Assembly: GCA_965200155.1 (NCBI GenBank)
Contig: CBDATR010000034.1
Span: forward strand, 160,001 to 224,000
Length of the DNA stretch: 64,000 nt
Source of the DNA: Nitrosopumilaceae archaeon
GTDB taxonomy: Archaea; Thermoproteota; Nitrososphaeria; Nitrososphaerales; Nitrosopumilaceae
Reading direction: 5' to 3'
Shown here: piece after piece, positions 1 to 11,700 of the stretch
How the letters are laid out: each line of letters opens with the position of its first letter
How positions within the stretch are numbered: position 1 is the stretch's first letter
Made by a program: the position numbers and the translations under genes
The notes under the pieces: model-generated
What the model was told of the DNA's origin: nothing
The model's input: only the letters and a program-made list of their open reading frames with translations
The model's database searches: none

Positions 1-10
1 GAACTCATAC

Positions 11-634
11 CATGTCCAACACTGTAACCTTTACCATCACTAGTTAATTTTTTTCTCAGTTTAAGTTGTCTCACGCGTTCAGATGCCAACCCGGCTTGTA
101 TGAGAGTGTGGCATAGCCACGAAATTGTTCTAGCCGCCCAACCACGGGACGGCATAGCTATGGTACTGTTCTAGCCGCCCAATAGCCAAAAGACAGTAAG
201 GCTGGCGTATATCCTGTCCCGACAGAGTACACATAACGGAATTAATGCCAGCTAGAATGTGCGGTAGCAGTGAGCGGGAATGATTCCAATTGGGTGCGGT
301 AAATAAAGGGGCGACCATTCCAGGGCCAATTATGCCTGGGAACAATTCATGGTACATGTGGAATAGCGGAGAACAGTGGCTAGATTTGGATGATGTAAGT
401 AGTTCATATGGACGGCTACCATGGAATGAGTCACAGAATGGCGTGTATCAGCACCTGGGCGCTATCAGGACGCCCGGATCATCCCTGAATCGTTGTGGGT
501 CGTCCGCGCAAATTACTGAGGGGATTGAATCATTCTTGGATGTGTTCCGGGAATGATTCCCGGCCAGTTAAAGTCCACACCGGGCCTTTCTGTAGTAGAA
601 TGCATTACGCCAATCTAAACACGTGAACTCATAC
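11..634 (+). mobile_element. Highly decayed IS66-like (family A) remnant with terminal repeat at 617-634
   Basis: Fragments HITELMPAR, LGAVNK and HLGA resemble the transposase at 34601-37256; ends in AAACACGTGAACTCATAC. Confidence 0.55.
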
Positions 635-790
635 GTTCAGTTTGCATATGCTACGGAAGGCTATGGTAAAGAGAATAACAGAGGAATCAAGACAAAAGAG
701 GCGTTGCTGCCGCCAAAATAGCTCAAGACCTGAAACAAGACACTTACGAAGATTGTGAACCAGAGAACGGGAACGACTCGAGTAAAGATG

Positions 791-882
791 GTATGAGTTC
801 ACGTCTTCCGGAATCTTATTCACAAATCACATTAACTGTCGCGATCAGTTGTGCGTAAATTTAGACATAGGTGAATTCATAC
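791..882. mobile_element. MITE-A (TIR GTATGAGTTCAC)
   Basis: 12-bp TIR; 8-bp TSD TAAAGATG. Confidence 0.9.
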
Positions 883-1531
883 TAAAGATGGGCAGGTCCA
901 TGATACCAATCACCGCCACCCAGATACGAATGGTAACTGAAGCATGCAACAAGGATCCCGCCGGAGTAGTACGTATTGCAAAGAGTCTTAGATAGAATTA
1001 CAATATATCATATCGCGCAGTATATCGCATAATTAAAAAGAACGGCACGACAGTCTCATCACCTGCAAAGTCAGAGTGGGTACGCTATGAGCGTAAATAT
1101 TCCAATGCAATGTGGCACTGGCATGTCATGAAAAGATGAGCGCTTCAGGGGACTGAATCTCATAGATGATGCATCCAGGTGCATCGTCGGAGCGGCACTA
1201 TTCTAGCATACAACCTCAGAGAACGCCACTCTATTACTGAGACTGGCAATGAAACGATTCGGCGCCGCGTCATCTAATGAGGTTGTTATGTTGGCTGTAA
1301 TACTATTACTGAGACTGGCAATGAAACGATTCGGCGCCCCTGCATCTTGGATAACGGCGCGTGTTTCGTAGGACAATAAAAGGGCAAGAAAAGCTGTAAA
1401 CCCACTATTCTAGGAAGAACTGCTGGATCAAGACATCATACTAATCAATTCCAGACCATACCACCCGCAGACAAATGGCAAACTGGAGCGCTTCCATGGA
1501 ATGATTGAGGATGAGATATGGTATTATGACA

Positions 1532-1632
1532 GTATGAGTTCACCTATGTCTAAATTTACGCACAACTGATGGAACAGGTTGTTCTAGTTAATGTAATTTG
1601 TGCATAAGATTCCGGAAGACGTGAACTCATAC
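1532..1632. mobile_element. MITE-A, GGAACAGGTTGTTCT variant
   Basis: TIRs; TSD TTATGACA. Confidence 0.9.
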
Positions 1633-1816
1633 TTATGACAGTCTCCGGGATTATTTAGACTACTACAATGAGAGAAGATTGCACTTCTCACTGGATAGAT
1701 AACGGCGAAACACCGCTTCAGGAATAAAAATGCGACCCAGACAATTTAGGGCAAATGATGCAAAATGGATGGAGCGGGATGCCAATTACTAGCGGACCCA
1801 CTTTTCATACATTACA

Positions 1817-2295
1817 TGTTCCCGGCTTCTTTTTGTAGTACAGCTTGTTCCTGGACACCCCGCAGAGCTCCAGTGTACGGGCTATACCGGTGGCATCCTT
1901 GATCTCCTTGAGTACCTTCAGTTTGGCCCCCTCCCATCATCATTTTTTTTTTAAATACGTTATTAGCAAACGTCAGCTCACACACTGAGATTATCGTTCT
2001 CTTGTAGCATCTTTTTCGTCTGAGTTTTGGAATCTTGGGTTCCTGTCCAATCCCTCAGAACCGGCCTTTGGGAATCTCTCCCTCCATGTGTGTGCGGGGC
2101 GATATGTTGTACCGCCTGCAGATCTCTGCGGTGACCACTGTCGAGTCTAATGTCTCTAATGATCTCTTCCCGACTCCATTGGTGTTTTTTGTCAACCATG
2201 GCAGACTCCGCTCTTGAATCTAAAAAGTGTGAGTTGAGATCTATTCTCAATTTTATGGGGTCCCGGCCAACATGGAAATAATTTGTGCGTTTCCA
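1817..2295 (-). mobile_element. IS3-family remnant (orfA, A-run slippery site, start of orfB)
   Basis: HTH-like orfA fragments (QWSREE, EICRRYNISP), poly-A at the orfA/orfB junction, GVSRNKLYYK; TG terminus. Confidence 0.55.
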
Positions 2296-2573
2296 TTACG
2301 CAATCATATGCCGACAGCCATTAGATCCAAGCATCAATATCGGAATATGGTATCCGCCGACAACGTAGAGTACATCAGGCGAGGAATGAATCTTGCATTT
2401 AGGTCCGATCCCTCATAGTATGATGACGCTAGAAAGTCAGGATGATGCGCCATCCGGATTCCCAGACAATGGTTATCGCGGCAATGCGCATGGCATTAAA
2501 TATGAAATACCTGCAGCTATCCGGCTTTTTTATGGGAATACTGGACGGATACAAATCATGCCACTCATATACC

Positions 2574-2665
2574 GTATGAGTTCACGTCTTCCGGAATCTT
2601 GTGCACAAATTACATTAACTGTCGCGATCAGTTGTGCGTAAATTTAGACACAGGTGAACTCATAC
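2574..2665. mobile_element. MITE-A
   Basis: TIRs; TSD CATATACC. Confidence 0.9.
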
Positions 2666-2785
2666 CATATACCGGCACATACATACTGATATGGACAACC
2701 ACGTGCCCGAGCCACCTGTACTAATCGCGATAAAACCCGGACCATGATTTACCGGACTGGAAACATGTGTACCCAGATAGCGCAA

Positions 2786-4978
2786 CTATTCCTTGTCAAT
2801 GAATTCGGAAGCCGATGGTGGCTCCGGTGCAACTCCCTTTCGCTTTCTTATGGTGGAGATGGTACTCTCAAGCATGGACTTTGGAACCTCGGACCACGAC
2901 TTGAAATGCGTATTCCACATGGCCCTGCCCGCGGTCTGACCCCGCATTTCCTCGGATAGTGTGAATGTCTCAGAGGCAGGTATCTCACCCGTTACAATGC
3001 TCGCGGGACCATTCTGGTTCATATCCAGCACCTTGCCCCGCTTACCTGAGAGTACGGTGGCCACGTTTCCCACAAGATCCGTCGGTACCCTCACCTCTAT
3101 GGCCAACATGGGCTCTAGCAGAACCGTACCCGCAGTGAGGAGTGAGCCCATACATGCGCGCCGGGATGCAGGCCCTAGCTGTGAGAGACCCCTATGGGCA
3201 GTATCCTCGTGGGGAACAAAGTGCGTGAATATGAACTTGCAGTCCCGCATCTGTTCCCGACATAGTGGACCCTCCTTCATAACTTCTTCAAATCCCGAGT
3301 TTATGGAGTCGGTAGATTCCTGGACAAACTGTACACCCTTGGTACCGTTTATGATAACATTTCCCCTAGAGTCGAACTTCATTACTCGCTTTATGGTATC
3401 GGTATCCCAGCCCTGGGCCTTTAGCAGTGCTGTAACCTCGGCCTTGTCCTTGAGGTCACTGATCTCGCCGGTACGAAGCATGTTGGCAATGGCAGGCTCC
3501 AGCGGCTCTACCCGCATGAATATCTTGTTGTGACGGTTGGGAGACTTGGACATCACCGCCTCGCAGCTGCCCCTTACGGTTTCCCGGTAATTTATCAACG
3601 GCTCTGAGGTTACTATATCCACCTTGGCATCCTGAATCCTGTGGGTGGCCACATCCAGGTGCAGCACACCCATACCCGCTATAATGGTCTCCCCGCTCTC
3701 CTCGTCAATCTTTACCACCAAGTTTGGATCCTCAATGGTTAGCTGTCGCAATACCTCTACCAGCTTTGGTAGATCCTTGGGATGCTTGGGCTCTACCGCA
3801 ACCTGCACCACAGGCTCTGAGACGTACTTTATTCCCTCAAATACATGAATGTTCTTGACCGAAGACAGTGTGTTGCCTGCCCTAGATTCAGTCATACCCA
3901 GCAGTGCAGGAATATTGCCCGCGCCAAGCTCCCCTACCTGCTCCCGCTGGTTTCCCATGAAGAAGTTTACAGACTGTATTCGTCCTGGTTTGTGCGCATC
4001 TATGATATTTATGGTCTGGCCATCATGCACGGTTCCGGAGAATAATCGCCCTATAGCTACGGGCCCCGCGGCCTTGTCCAGGACCATATTTACCACCATC
4101 ATTATGGCGGGGCCATCATCCTTGCATTCAAGCAATGCCTTACCTATATCCGAGGTCAGGTCACCATGCCATATTTTGGGAATGCGGTATTTTTGAGCTT
4201 CGTGAGGGGGAGGGTGATGCTTTACAACCATGCCCAATACTGCGTTGGCCAAGGGGGCTCGGGAAACCAAGTCATCCACATTTCCCGTATTATAGGACTC
4301 CATGACCTGCTTAAAGGTAATACCCTTCTCCTTCATGACATCCAAGTTTATAGCCCAGCGATCCTTGGCGGAGCCAAAGGTTACGCTGGCATTCTGTATT
4401 GATACCTTCCACTTCTCCTTGTATTCGTCCTCGGCATATGTATCGATGAGCTGGTTAAAGTTGGCCACCACGCCAGCCAGTGATTCCTGCATCTTTTCAG
4501 GGGTGAGACGCAGCTCCTTTATCAGCCGGTCCACCTTGTTTATGAATAGTACAGGTTTGACCCTCTCCTCTAGTGCCATGCGGGTAACGGTCTCGGTCTG
4601 GGTCATAATTCCCTCTACGGCATCGCATACCACGACCGCCCCGTCTATGGCGCGCAAACTGCGTATGACCCGGCCGCTAAAGTCCACGTGTCCCGGGGTA
4701 TCTATCATGTTTATGACGTACTCTTTGTCATTTTGGGTAAAGTGTAATGTTACATTAGCCTGGTATATGGTAATACCCCTCTCCTGTTCCTCCTTGTCAT
4801 AGTCCATGGCCAAAGCCTTGCCCGCGGTGGAGGGAGCTATAATGCCAGAGTTTGCCAGGAGACTGTCGCTCATGGTGGTCTTGCCATGATCTACATGTGC
4901 AATGACACCGAAATTGCGAATTTGCTCCTTCTGCTTGATTATCTTTAACACCTGGTCGGTGGACTTGTACTTTGGCAT
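2786..4978 (-). CDS. fusA: Translation elongation factor aEF-2
   Basis: AHVDHGKTT, RGITI, DTPGHVDF, NKVD and diphthamide-site DTAHRG motifs; 730 aa. Confidence 0.98.
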   Translation of the reverse strand: MPKYKSTDQVLKIIKQKEQIRNFGVIAHVDHGKTTMSDSLLANSGIIAPSTAGKALAMDYDKEEQERGITIYQANVTLHFTQNDKEYVINMIDTPGHVDFSGRVIRSLRAIDGAVVVCDAVEGIMTQTETVTRMALEERVKPVLFINKVDRLIKELRLTPEKMQESLAGVVANFNQLIDTYAEDEYKEKWKVSIQNASVTFGSAKDRWAINLDVMKEKGITFKQVMESYNTGNVDDLVSRAPLANAVLGMVVKHHPPPHEAQKYRIPKIWHGDLTSDIGKALLECKDDGPAIMMVVNMVLDKAAGPVAIGRLFSGTVHDGQTINIIDAHKPGRIQSVNFFMGNQREQVGELGAGNIPALLGMTESRAGNTLSSVKNIHVFEGIKYVSEPVVQVAVEPKHPKDLPKLVEVLRQLTIEDPNLVVKIDEESGETIIAGMGVLHLDVATHRIQDAKVDIVTSEPLINYRETVRGSCEAVMSKSPNRHNKIFMRVEPLEPAIANMLRTGEISDLKDKAEVTALLKAQGWDTDTIKRVMKFDSRGNVIINGTKGVQFVQESTDSINSGFEEVMKEGPLCREQMRDCKFIFTHFVPHEDTAHRGLSQLGPASRRACMGSLLTAGTVLLEPMLAIEVRVPTDLVGNVATVLSGKRGKVLDMNQNGPASIVTGEIPASETFTLSEEMRGQTAGRAMWNTHFKSWSEVPKSMLESTISTIRKRKGVAPEPPSASEFIDKE

Positions 4979-5062
4979 GAGTCATTTCGATGAATTTGCC
5001 ATATTAAACGTTACAGCACTAGGATCGTAGCCGTTCAGGCTTTGTGTGAGTTCACCAAAACT

Positions 5063-5956
5063 CTAGTATATCATGTAGTCACTGAGACCTCGAAGTTCTT
5101 TGGCATCCATAAAGTATACCTCCTTCCCCGTGGCCAGGTTCAATGGCAGGAGCTGCGCATAAAATGTGTGGTATATGACAGAGTGCAACATATCCAGGTT
5201 TGGATCCGTAACGGTACAGTGTATGTTTTGTGCTCGCAATTGTGATGCCAGGCTTTGTGTGTACGAATCACTATTACATAATAGTATGACGCAGTCGCCG
5301 GGTTTTGCGCTGAACAGTTCCATGTGAGAGAATTGCTCCATTCTAGAATAGTGTGCGTCCGAACCCAATATCTCGTACATCTTGGCTGCTGCATATATGG
5401 CTATAGGATATGTGTACTGATCGCCAACAAAGAATACGCGTCCGCCAGTTTCGGTTCCTGCCGCATCAAGTTTGGCCCTGTCATAGAGATCTTGTACATC
5501 ACCCAGCGATACCGGGTACACCAGCGAGATACATGCAAGAGCGCTGTTCAGAAAACTGATGCTGCCGGCGGTGAGTGTGTCGGAGTTTGGAAATGAGAGC
5601 CTTATGATGTTACTTGCGGCAATACCCAAGGGGCTATCGAGCTTGGCCGTTATTGCGGTACACTTATGGTTACGCGCCAACTGTATGTTGGCCACGGTTC
5701 TGCCGGACACAGATATCACGTACAGTCTTCGCCCGTCCAGGATACTAGGATTGTGGCATATCTCCAGGGGATCCATGGCCCTTGCCTTGTAATTGGAGAA
5801 TGCCTCTGCCAACATGGCCGCGGCTAATGAATCTCCGCTTCCGGCAAATACCGTACTGCCAATCACGTGATCAGGTAGTTGTCCTGGTGGCTCAAAGGAG
5901 TGTATTGCGGCAACCTGTCGTTCTATGTCATCCAGGTAAGCCTTGACCGATTCCAC
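5063..5956 (-). CDS. SIS-domain sugar isomerase/aminotransferase-like protein
   Basis: FAGSGDS, ISVSGRT and EQFSHMEL SIS motifs. Confidence 0.75.
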   Translation of the reverse strand: MESVKAYLDDIERQVAAIHSFEPPGQLPDHVIGSTVFAGSGDSLAAAMLAEAFSNYKARAMDPLEICHNPSILDGRRLYVISVSGRTVANIQLARNHKCTAITAKLDSPLGIAASNIIRLSFPNSDTLTAGSISFLNSALACISLVYPVSLGDVQDLYDRAKLDAAGTETGGRVFFVGDQYTYPIAIYAAAKMYEILGSDAHYSRMEQFSHMELFSAKPGDCVILLCNSDSYTQSLASQLRAQNIHCTVTDPNLDMLHSVIYHTFYAQLLPLNLATGKEVYFMDAKELRGLSDYMIY

Positions 5957-6063
5957 GTAGCCGTATCTGTAATGTGTTGTAAAAACCCTTGTTCATGTAC
6001 TCATAGGGCAGAATCGAAGATTGGAAACCCGGTCATATATCATGTATTGATATAACAGCTATG

Positions 6064-7024
6064 TCAATAGTACGAAAAGTAAGTCCGCTTAGGATCCGGC
6101 GTACAGTAGCTCAGATTGCACAAGCCAGATGGTAAAGAGAACAACAGAGGAATCAAGACAAAAGAGGCGTTGCCACAACCAAAATAGCTCAAGACCCGAA
6201 ACAAGACACGTACGAAGATTGTGAACCAGAGAACGGGAACGACTCGAGTAAAGATGGGCAGGCCTATGATACCAATCACCGCTACCCAGATACGAATGGT
6301 AACTGAAGCATATCACAAGGATCCCGCCGGAGTAGTACGTATTGCAAAGAGGCTTAGACAGAATTACAATATATCGCGTAGTATATCGCATAATGAAAAA
6401 GAACGGCACGACAGTCTCATCACCTGCAAAGTCAGAGTGGGTACGCTATGAGCGTAAATATTCCAATGCAATGTGGCACTGGCATGTCATGAAAAGATGA
6501 GCGCTTCAGGGGACTGAATCTCATAGATGATGCATCCAGGTGTATAGTCGGAGCGGCACTATTCTAGCATGCAACCTGAGAACGCCGCTCTATTACTGAG
6601 ATTGGCGATAGAACGATTCGGCGCCCCTGCATCTCGGATAACGGCGCGTGTTTCGTAGGACAATAAAAGGGCAAAAAGAACTGGAAACCCACACTATTCT
6701 AGGAAGAACTGCTGGATCAAGACATCATACTAATCAATTCCAGACCATACCACCCGCAGACAAATGGCAAACTGGAGCGCTTCCATGGAATGATTGAGGA
6801 CGAGGGGACTCTTATTTAAGAGTCCAACGAGATATGGCATTATGACAGTCTCCGGGATTATATAGACTACTATAATGAGAGAAGATTGCACTTCTCACTG
6901 GATATAGATAACGGCGAGACACCACTCCAGGAATAAAAAGGCGACCCAGACAATTAGGGCAAATGATGCAAAATGGATGGAGCGAGATACCAATGACTAG
7001 CGGACCGACTTTTCGTACATTACA
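6064..7024 (+). mobile_element. IS481-like non-autonomous copy B
   Basis: Ends TCAATAGTACGAAAAGT...ACTTTTCGTACATTACA; frameshifted integrase-core transposase. Confidence 0.9.
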
Positions 7025-7249
7025 GTCGAGTAAAAATCAGACATCTAGACGGTAAATTCATGGGTATATGTGAGGCATCATGATAGAAAAAGCAAGGTGT
7101 GGGTTCATCTATGTCTAAATTTACGCATGACTTATCGTGACAGCAAGTGTGATTTGTACACGAGATTCCGGAAGACGTGAACTCATACAAAGAATGGATA
7201 TGTCCGCGGTGTGTTTTGAGCGATTGTCTAGGGTGACCTAAATGGTTAC
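7025..7249. mobile_element. Truncated MITE-B (IS66 family B ends) containing a degenerate MITE-A (7097-7188)
   Basis: Homologous to 51198-51319; right end GACCTAAATGGTTAC. Confidence 0.7.
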
Positions 7250-7407
7250 TAACAGGTTTCCCTGCACCAAGCTGGTCGTCTAGAGGGCGTCAGAGTCGCC
7301 CAGCTAGAGATGTCAGGACGGAGCGCATAGTGACAAGCCAAAACCATGTACTGACCAATCGCAAGGCGCCGTTAAGATCATAGTCAAAGACTTATGATTG
7401 TCGCCAT
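7250..7407 (+). mobile_element. 3' end remnant of the tnpB TIR element
   Basis: Similar to 15712-15840 (reverse complement); ends CAAAGACTTATGATTGTCGCCA followed by TA. Confidence 0.6.
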
Positions 7408-7532
7408 AAAACGTCTCAATCCACAAGGAATTCTACGGTATGAGAATTCAAAATAGTCAAACTGCAACAAAGAGCAGGCATCATTTGTCGAATCATACAA
7501 GAATGCAATAAATACAAGTCAATTATTAGTTG

Positions 7533-8777
7533 ATGATAGACTTGAGATTCGCACACTTTGCCGATACGCATCTGGGATTCCAAAAGCAGGAGCCATTACA
7601 AAAGATAGAGCAGCAGGTCTTTGAGGAGGCCATGGACAGGTGCATGGAGAAAAATGTCGATTTCATACTAATGTGTGGTGATTTATTCCACACAAATATC
7701 CCCGACATGCGCGTACAAAAGATTGCCATGAAAAAGTTTTCCGAGATACACAAGGCCAAGATCCCCGTATACGCCGTATATGGGAGCCACGACTTTTCGC
7801 CCACATCCAGCTCCACCATTGATTTGCTAGAGTCCGCAGGCTTTCTGACCAAGGTGACTGTACAATTACCCCACGAGGAACTCATTCGCCTGGATTTTCT
7901 TGAGGACAAGAATACAGGCGCCCGTCTTGCAGGCTTGTCCGGTCTCAAGGCAGGCAGGGACATAGAATATCATGAAAGACTGGACCGGGAATATTTGGAA
8001 TCGCAGGACGGCTTCAAGATATTCATGTTTCATGGTGCCATTACAGAAATGTTGCACGAGGAGAGCGGCGATAGCATGGCAATATCAAATATGCCAAGGG
8101 GAATGGACTACTATGCTGGTGGGCACATGCACACATATCAGCACCACAGTTTTCCCGGATACGACAATGTAGTGTATCCAGGAACGATGTTTGCAGGCTA
8201 CCACTCCGATATTGAGAATAGTGCCAAGGGGGTAATGCGCGGCTTTGCCATGGTGGACTTTGAGGACAAGGTAAAAGATGTACGGCACGAGGTGATAACC
8301 GGTTGCCAGTACAAGATGCTAGAGATAAACGGCGAGAACAAATCCTCCGCGTCAGTAAGTGCGGAAATTCACGACCGCATGAGCGGTATGGACGTGAGAG
8401 AAAAGGTGGTCATACTAAAGGCATGGGGCGAGATGGGAGAGGGACGCACATCCGATATAGATTTTCAGGGTATTTACAGGCAGTTATTGCAGAATGGCGC
8501 CTATGATGTACTGATAAATCGTAGCGGCCTCTCTTCGCGCGAATACAAGATAGAAGGTCAGTCTGCCGGAAGCAGCGAGCAGATTGAGCATAGTACATTC
8601 CAGGAGAACATAGGACAGGTCCGCATGAAGCGGACAAATTTAATAGATTCCAGTGGCGTCCAGCTCTCCAAGGATCTGCTTGGTACCCTCAGGCAATTAC
8701 GTCCAGACAACGAGACAAAGTCAGATTACGATACACGTATGACAAGGGACGGGGCAGCCAGAATGGAGGGACAGTAA
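7533..8777 (+). CDS. mre11: DNA double-strand break repair nuclease Mre11
   Basis: Metallophosphoesterase motifs DTHLG, GDLFH, GSHD, FHG, GHMH; adjacent to rad50. Confidence 0.93.
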   Translation: MIDLRFAHFADTHLGFQKQEPLQKIEQQVFEEAMDRCMEKNVDFILMCGDLFHTNIPDMRVQKIAMKKFSEIHKAKIPVYAVYGSHDFSPTSSSTIDLLESAGFLTKVTVQLPHEELIRLDFLEDKNTGARLAGLSGLKAGRDIEYHERLDREYLESQDGFKIFMFHGAITEMLHEESGDSMAISNMPRGMDYYAGGHMHTYQHHSFPGYDNVVYPGTMFAGYHSDIENSAKGVMRGFAMVDFEDKVKDVRHEVITGCQYKMLEINGENKSSASVSAEIHDRMSGMDVREKVVILKAWGEMGEGRTSDIDFQGIYRQLLQNGAYDVLINRSGLSSREYKIEGQSAGSSEQIEHSTFQENIGQVRMKRTNLIDSSGVQLSKDLLGTLRQLRPDNETKSDYDTRMTRDGAARMEGQ

Positions 8778-11700
8778 ATGCTGATAAAAAAGATAGCGCT
8801 TGAGAATATACGCAGTTACCCCAAACTTCACCTGGATATGCCCACAGGATACGTTCTTTTGGAAGGGGATGTCGGGGCGGGCAAGTCTACCATTCTGATG
8901 GCCATAGAGTTTGCCCTGTTCGGGTTGGGCGAGATGAAGCCGGACAGTCTGATATCCAAGGGAAAGAGTCGCGGCGAGGTGGCACTTACCTTCGAGGTAG
9001 ACGGAATCCAGTACGAAGTGGGCAGAACACTGCTCAGCAAGAATGGCAAGATAAACCAGGATCCCAAAGGCGCATACCTGTCAGTGGATGGGCAGCGGGA
9101 GCCGCTCACTGCCTCTGATCTAAAGAGTCGTATCCTACAGGTACTAAACTTCCGTGAACCGTCGGGCCCGCGCTCCCACAGCAGGGTATACAGGTACGCC
9201 GTATACACACCACAAGAAGAGATAAAGGCAATCCTAGGCAATGATGCCAGCCGGGAAGAAGCCATTCGGCGTGCCTTTGGTATAGAGGATTATGAAACAG
9301 TAGTGAATAACGCAAAGACACTGCGGCAAAAATTCTCAACTGACAGGGCTGAACTCTCAGGCAGGTTCGCCAAGCTGGAAGAGTATTGTGGCGAGCAGGA
9401 ATCGCAAAAAACGGCACTGGTGGAGATGGAGGATAGCCTTGAGGAAATATTCAAGAACAAGAACATCTATGCCGCCCAGATTGCCCAGGCAAAGGCACGA
9501 CAATCCATTCTTTCCCAACAGATGGATGACATGACACGCATAGACGCAGAAAGGAATCACACCAAAAGAGAGATTGGGCGCTACAATGGCATGATAGATG
9601 ACTGCAAGGACAGGCTGGAAAAAGACAGGGCGGATTTGGTCCATGTGAACCAGGAGCTTGATCAGCGGGGCAGTCCACAGTGCCCTACCAGTGTGAGCGC
9701 CGGTGAGCTTCAGGAGAGCCTGGAGAAGATAGAGAGTGAGGAGAAGAGTATACTCAGTAAGGAGGCTGATGACAAGAATTGCAGGAGCAGGATATCGGAC
9801 ATTGAGGAGGAGCTGGGCGAAATTGGTATCTTGGAGTGTCCCACCAGTGTGAGCGCCGGTGAGCTTCAGGAGAGCCTGGAGAAGATAGAGAGTGAGGAGA
9901 AGAGTATACTCAGTAAGGAGGCTGATGACAAGAATTGCAGGAGCAGGATATCGGACATTGAGGAGGAGCTGGGCGAAATTGGTATCTTGGAGTGTCCCAC
10001 CAGTGTGAGCGCCGGTGAGCTTCAGGAGAGCCTGGAGAAGATAGAGAGTGAGGAGAAGAGTATACTCAGTAAGGAGGCTGATGACAAGAATTGCAGGAGC
10101 AGGATATCGGACATTGAGGAGGAGCTGGGCGAAATTGGTATCTTGGAGTGTCCCACCAGTGTGAGCGCCGGTGAGCTTCAGGAGAGCCTGGAGAAGATAG
10201 AGAGTGAGGAGAAGAGTATACTCAGTAAGGAGGCTGATGACAAGAATTGCAGGAGCAGGATATCGGACATTGAGGAGGAGCTGGGCGAAATTGGTATCTT
10301 GGAGTGTCCCACCAGTGTGAGCGCCGGTGAGCTTCAGGAGAGCCTGGAGAAGATAGAGAGTGAGGAGAAGAGTATACTCAGTAAGGAGGCTGATGACAAG
10401 AATTGCAGGAGCAGGATATCGGACATTGAGGAGGAGCTGGGCGAAATTGGTATCTTGGAGTGTCCCACCAGTGTGAGCGCCGGTGAGCTTCAGGAGAGCC
10501 TGGAGAAGATAGAGAGTGAGGAGAAGAGTATACTCAGTAAGGAGGCTGATGACAAGAATTGCAGGAGCAGGATATCGGACATTGAGGAGGAGCTGGGCGA
10601 AATTGGTATCTTGGAGTGTCCCACCAGTGTGAGCGCCGGTGAGCTTCAGGAGAGCCTGGAGAAGATAGAGAGTGAGGAGAAGAGTATACTCAGTAAGGAG
10701 GCTGATGACAAGAATTGCAGGAGCAGGATATCGGACATTGAGGAGGAGCTGGGCGAAATTGGTATCTTGGAGTGTCCCACCAGTGTGAGCGCCGGTGAGC
10801 TTCAGGCAAGATTGGAGGATATAGAGAGAGTTGAGAGGAACATACTGAGCAAGGAGTCTGAGGCAAGAGCATGTGTAGTAAAGATAAAGCAGCTATCCGG
10901 CAAGATTGGAGAAAGAACACTTGAATCAATACTTAATGAAATATCATCTTTGGAGAAGGGCATAGAGAATCATGAACGAAATATGTCCATGTATGAGGGG
11001 AATCTCAGAAACCACAGTGTTCTAATGGGATCAATCAGTAATACGATACATACACTCGAAGACATTCTGGACAAGACCAAGGACCTTGGGGGGCGCTGTG
11101 ATTATTGTGACAGTACACTTGATGAAAAATATGTAGCAGAGCTGCAAAGTAAACGCAGGGATAAACTAAACGAGGCCAGGCAAGAAAAAGAGAGCATTGC
11201 TCGCAAGATATCCCAAAATACAAAGAGTCGCGAGGATGCCATGCTACAGCTGAACCGCCATCGTATCACGCTAAAAGAGTGCCAGGAAGCCCAAGTACAC
11301 GCCATGCAAAAGAGGGATCAGGGATGGATGCTGGAGGGAATCACCAAAGAGCTGGAGCAGCTGGACGCGGAAAAGTACGTACCCCAGGAGCAGCCTATAG
11401 CGAGGGAGGAGAACGAGAGTAGTACGGCGTATGTACGCAGACTGCAGAGCCTGCTACAGAGTTATGAAACCAAGTCAGAGAAGAAGAACAGTCTATTGCA
11501 GCAAAAGGACGAACAGGAAAAGATGCTGGAGGGAATCACCAAAGAGCTGGAGCAGCTGGACGCGGAAAAGTACGTACCCCAGGAGCAGCCTATAGCGAGG
11601 GAGGAGAACGAGAGTAGTACGGCGTATGTACGCAGACTGCAGAGCCTGCTACAGAGTTATGAAACCAAGTCAGAGAAGAAGAACAGTCTATTGCAGCAAA

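Larger units (their letters stand above)
635..1816 (+). mobile_element. IS481-like non-autonomous copy A (5'-truncated, two MITE insertions)
   Basis: WVRYERKYSNAMWH and RPYHPQTNGKLERFH integrase-core fragments; right end ...CTTTTCATACATTACA. Confidence 0.85.

Noticed and set aside
2961-4802. Long antisense ORFs opposite fusA (similar ones occur opposite ilv/leu, hemA and aspS)
   Set aside because: Shadow frames of conserved genes, with no motifs.
6064-7024. In-frame TAG codons in IS481 copies as stop-codon recoding
   Set aside because: Accompanied by frameshifts; copy D has a sense codon at one such site; housekeeping genes use TAG as stop.
8294-8306. ATAACCGGTTGCC in mre11 resembling the scar motif
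   Set aside because: In frame in an intact gene with no comparator; may be chance.
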